From: Mobula hypostoma
Taxonomy: Eukaryota
DNA: 64,000 nucleotides
Assembly (NCBI RefSeq): GCF_963921235.1
Contig: NC_086108.1
Span: 46,874,001 to 46,938,000 of the forward strand
Direction of reading: 5' to 3'
The position numbers and the translations under genes were made by a program. Positions 61,180 through 64,000 of the stretch are shown here, one piece after another. The first letter of the stretch is position 1; every line of letters begins with the position of its first letter. The notes below the pieces were generated by a model that was given only the letters and a program-made list of their open reading frames with translations, made no database searches and had not been told where the DNA came from.

Positions 61180-62974
61180 TCTCACTTCAATCACCTGGAC
61201 AATAGCATTATCAGGACGCTGCTTGATAACAGTTCAGCATTCAACACAATCATACCCTCAGTTCTGATTAACAAGCTCCAAACGCCGTCGAAACAACAGC
61301 CTGGCACTCAACGTCAGCAAGACTAAGGAATTTATTGTGGACTTCAGGAAGAAGTCAAGGGAACACACACCACTCCTCGTTGAGGAATCAGCAGTGGGAA
61401 GAGTGAGCAGTTTCAAGTTCCTGGGTGTCAACATCTGAGGATCTATTTAGTGACGCAATTACAAAGAAGGCAGGAATGCAGCTATATTTCATTAGGAGTT
61501 TGAGGAGATTTGGCATGTCACCGAAGATGTACCATGGACAGTATTCCAGCTGGTTGCATCACCATCTGATATGGAGGGGCACAGGAGCAGAAAAAGCTCA
61601 GAAGGTTGTTAATTCAGCCAGTTGCACCATGGACACTGACCTCCATTTTCAAAAGGCACTGCCTCAGAAAGGCACCATCCACCATTAAGGACTCCCTTCA
61701 CCCAGGACATGCCCTCTTCTCATTGCTACCATCAAGGACGTGGTACAGGAGCCTGAAGACAAACACGTTAATGTTTCAGGAATAGCTTCTTCCCCTCTGT
61801 CATCAGATTTTTGAATGGGCAATGAACATGACCTATTTTGGCTCTGTTTTTAAATATTTATTATTTAATTTGCTTATTTTTTTAAAATATACTCAATATA
61901 ATATAGCTGTTTTTCTTATGTATTACACTGTACTGCTGCTGCAAAACAACAGATGAATTAAATCTGATTCTGATTCCTGGCATGTTGGGACTTCAGTATG
62001 AGAGATTCAATGAACTAGATTTGCATCCAATGAAGTTGATAAGAACAAGATAGCTCATTGAAACTTAAATTCTCTTACGGTTAAACAGACTGGATGGAGG
62101 GGGGATCATTGCTCTGGCTGCCAAACCCAGGATGGGATTAGGGTGTCACAAGGGCAGATATTAGGCTGAGAAGGTGGAGGAATAGTTTAGAACAGTGAAC
62201 TGTGGAGCTTGTGGTTGTAGAGGGGTGCAGCTGGATGTATTTCAGGAGATAAATATTAAATGCATCAAGGGTTTGTGGAAAAATATTGTATTGAGACAGA
62301 ATTTACCAGAAATGTCAGAGCATGCTCAAAGGACTGTTTGGCCTGTTGATACGTTTCTATGTAAGGAACTACCATCTTGTAACTTGCTCTTCAAGTTCTT
62401 TAAACCTCAAATTAAGATAAAGATTTGTGATTAAAAAGCACTAACAAAAAGATGTGATAATATACTAAGACAAGAATGCCATCAGTATAGAATATACATT
62501 TTTTTGCTTAAGATATAACATTGCTAAATTGTAAACTTCTGTGGCAGATGTAGATTTCCCAGTTGTGCTCCTGCATTCAAATACCCATGTAGAAACATAC
62601 AATCATCTGCATCAATGAATCACGTTATCTAACCAGGCCCAGGTTGCAAAGGTGACAATTCAATTGTAAAGTTACATATCATTATTTGATTCACTTATTT
62701 TTTTGTAGTTCAATGTTTTATAAGATTTCAGTTACTTTAAAACATTTAACAGTATATTTTTTTGTAACTTTTGCTTATATACACCAGTGATACTGACAGA
62801 TGTTTGGGGTCCATGACAACCAATTTGCACAGATGAATGAGCTGTCAGACAGGCAGGGTTTACCAGTAATGAATCCAAAGACTCTCTCACTAATCTCCTT
62901 GGGATCAGCTAACCTGAAGAAAGGTCAGAAATGGTCGATCCATTCCAGAGCAGTCTTAATGGGAAGGCAACCAG

Positions 62975-64000
62975 TAGACGGGCTTGCTCTACTCACTATA
63001 GACTCAAAACTGTGTAAAGAGATGCTGTTCAAACTCCATCTACAAGTTTGAAGATGATACCACCATAGTGGGCCATACATCGAAAAGTGATGAATCAGAG
63101 TCCAGGAAAGAGATGGGTGCCTAGTGACATGGTGTTATGACAATAACCTTTCCCTCAGTGTCAGCAAAACAAAATCAAGTCACTGACTTCAGGATGAGTG
63201 ATAGTATGCGTTTACCTCAATGGTACTGAGGCCAAGAATCCCAGGACACTACCCCAGAAAAGACTACCATGACCATGAAGCCTTGCGCGGGAACCTGTGC
63301 GCGCATGCGCGTATGTGCCGATTTTTTTTCCCCCACAAATCGGTTTTGCCTTCATCTTCCCGACTATAATGTACATAATTTCTATTTTATATGGGCTGTG
63401 TATCTATCATATCATTCCTGCTTTTACTATATGCTAGTCTTATTTATTTTTGGTTTTGTGTGTTATTTGGTATGATTTGTTAGGTATTTTTTGGGTCTGG
63501 GAACGCTCAAAAATTTTTCCCATATAAATTAATGGTAATTGCTTCTTCGTTTCACACCATTTCGGCATGAAAGGTTTCATAGGAACGCTCTACCTTAGCG
63601 CAGGAAATATGGGACAAACCAATTTAGCCCAATATACGGGATGTCCCAGCAAATACGGGACAGTTGGCAACCCTACGTTCAAGTTCAACAGTGCGTGACA
63701 GGGAATGAGGAAAGGTGCAGCTGACTCATATCGTTTCCTCACGGCCAGGTAGCACATGCTTTGCGGCCTGGTACCGGTCCACGGCCTGGTGGTTGGGGAC
63801 CACTGCCCTATGCAATATCAACATTGGCCTGTCCTGACCAGGCATGTGGGTGCTATGTCCGAGAAGGCCCACCAGGGCTTCCTCAAAAGGCTAAAGAAAT
63901 TTGTCAAGTTCCCTTTGACCTTCACCAAATTTTGATCAATGCACTACAGAAAACACGCTACGTAGATGTATCACAACATGACATAACAACAGCGGTGCCT
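62975..64000 (+). mobile_element. Degenerate Rex1/Babar RT fragment interrupted by a MITE
   Basis: ctctactcacta...tacaagtttgaagatgatacc (KFEDDT) and continuation after 63810. Confidence 0.6.
63243..63805. mobile_element. Composite non-autonomous DNA transposon with hAT-like right end
   Basis: Right end ggtaccggtccacggcctggtggttggggaccactg; CpG-rich interior with other transposon-end-like motifs. Confidence 0.55.

Larger units (their letters stand above)
54365..61975 (+). mobile_element. Single Rex1/Babar LINE split into three pieces (54365-54700, 55275-55610, 61180-61975)
   Basis: Pieces are colinear: LPDELNAF; NPHKASGP...LQFAY; HLD...SSAFNTIIP to 3' tail aaatctgattctgattc. Confidence 0.75.

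Noticed and set aside
62863..62912. 50-nt minus-strand AG/GT-bounded segment (LADPKEISERVFGFIT)
   Set aside because: No ATG, no similarity to ACAT1; could at most be a UTR exon and is unsupported
1..64000. CRISPR arrays, operons, retrons or other prokaryotic systems
   Set aside because: No regularly spaced direct repeats; all RT and nuclease ORFs belong to eukaryotic retrotransposons within a spliced vertebrate gene

Overview
Vertebrate genomic DNA. The repeat landscape (CR1 LINEs with esterase ORF1, Rex1/Babar, Neptune-type Penelope elements, V-type SINEs) suggests a cartilaginous fish, probably a ray or skate; this is an inference. One host gene is present: SOAT1 (sterol O-acyltransferase 1 / ACAT1, MBOAT family) on the minus strand. 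I traced 14 GT-AG coding exons (40917 down to the stop at 8062; 1529 nt, about 509 aa, reading frame intact). The ATG-containing exon was not identified. Most of the remaining sequence is decayed and often nested transposable elements. The most notable observations are: (1) Penelope-like elements carry minimal type-I hammerhead ribozyme motifs in their 3' tails, with one intact-looking copy sense-oriented in a SOAT1 intron inside a TSD-bounded inverted insertion; (2) an ORF1-only L1 insertion (5'UTR plus ORF1, 16-bp TSD, no ORF2, no poly-A), resembling a HAL1-like element; (3) a 150-bp near-perfect palindrome; (4) an in-frame chimeric CR1-RT/Penelope GIY-YIG ORF created by nesting. No prokaryotic-type systems (CRISPR, operons, rRNA or tRNA genes) were seen. 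TE boundaries are approximate unless a TSD is quoted.
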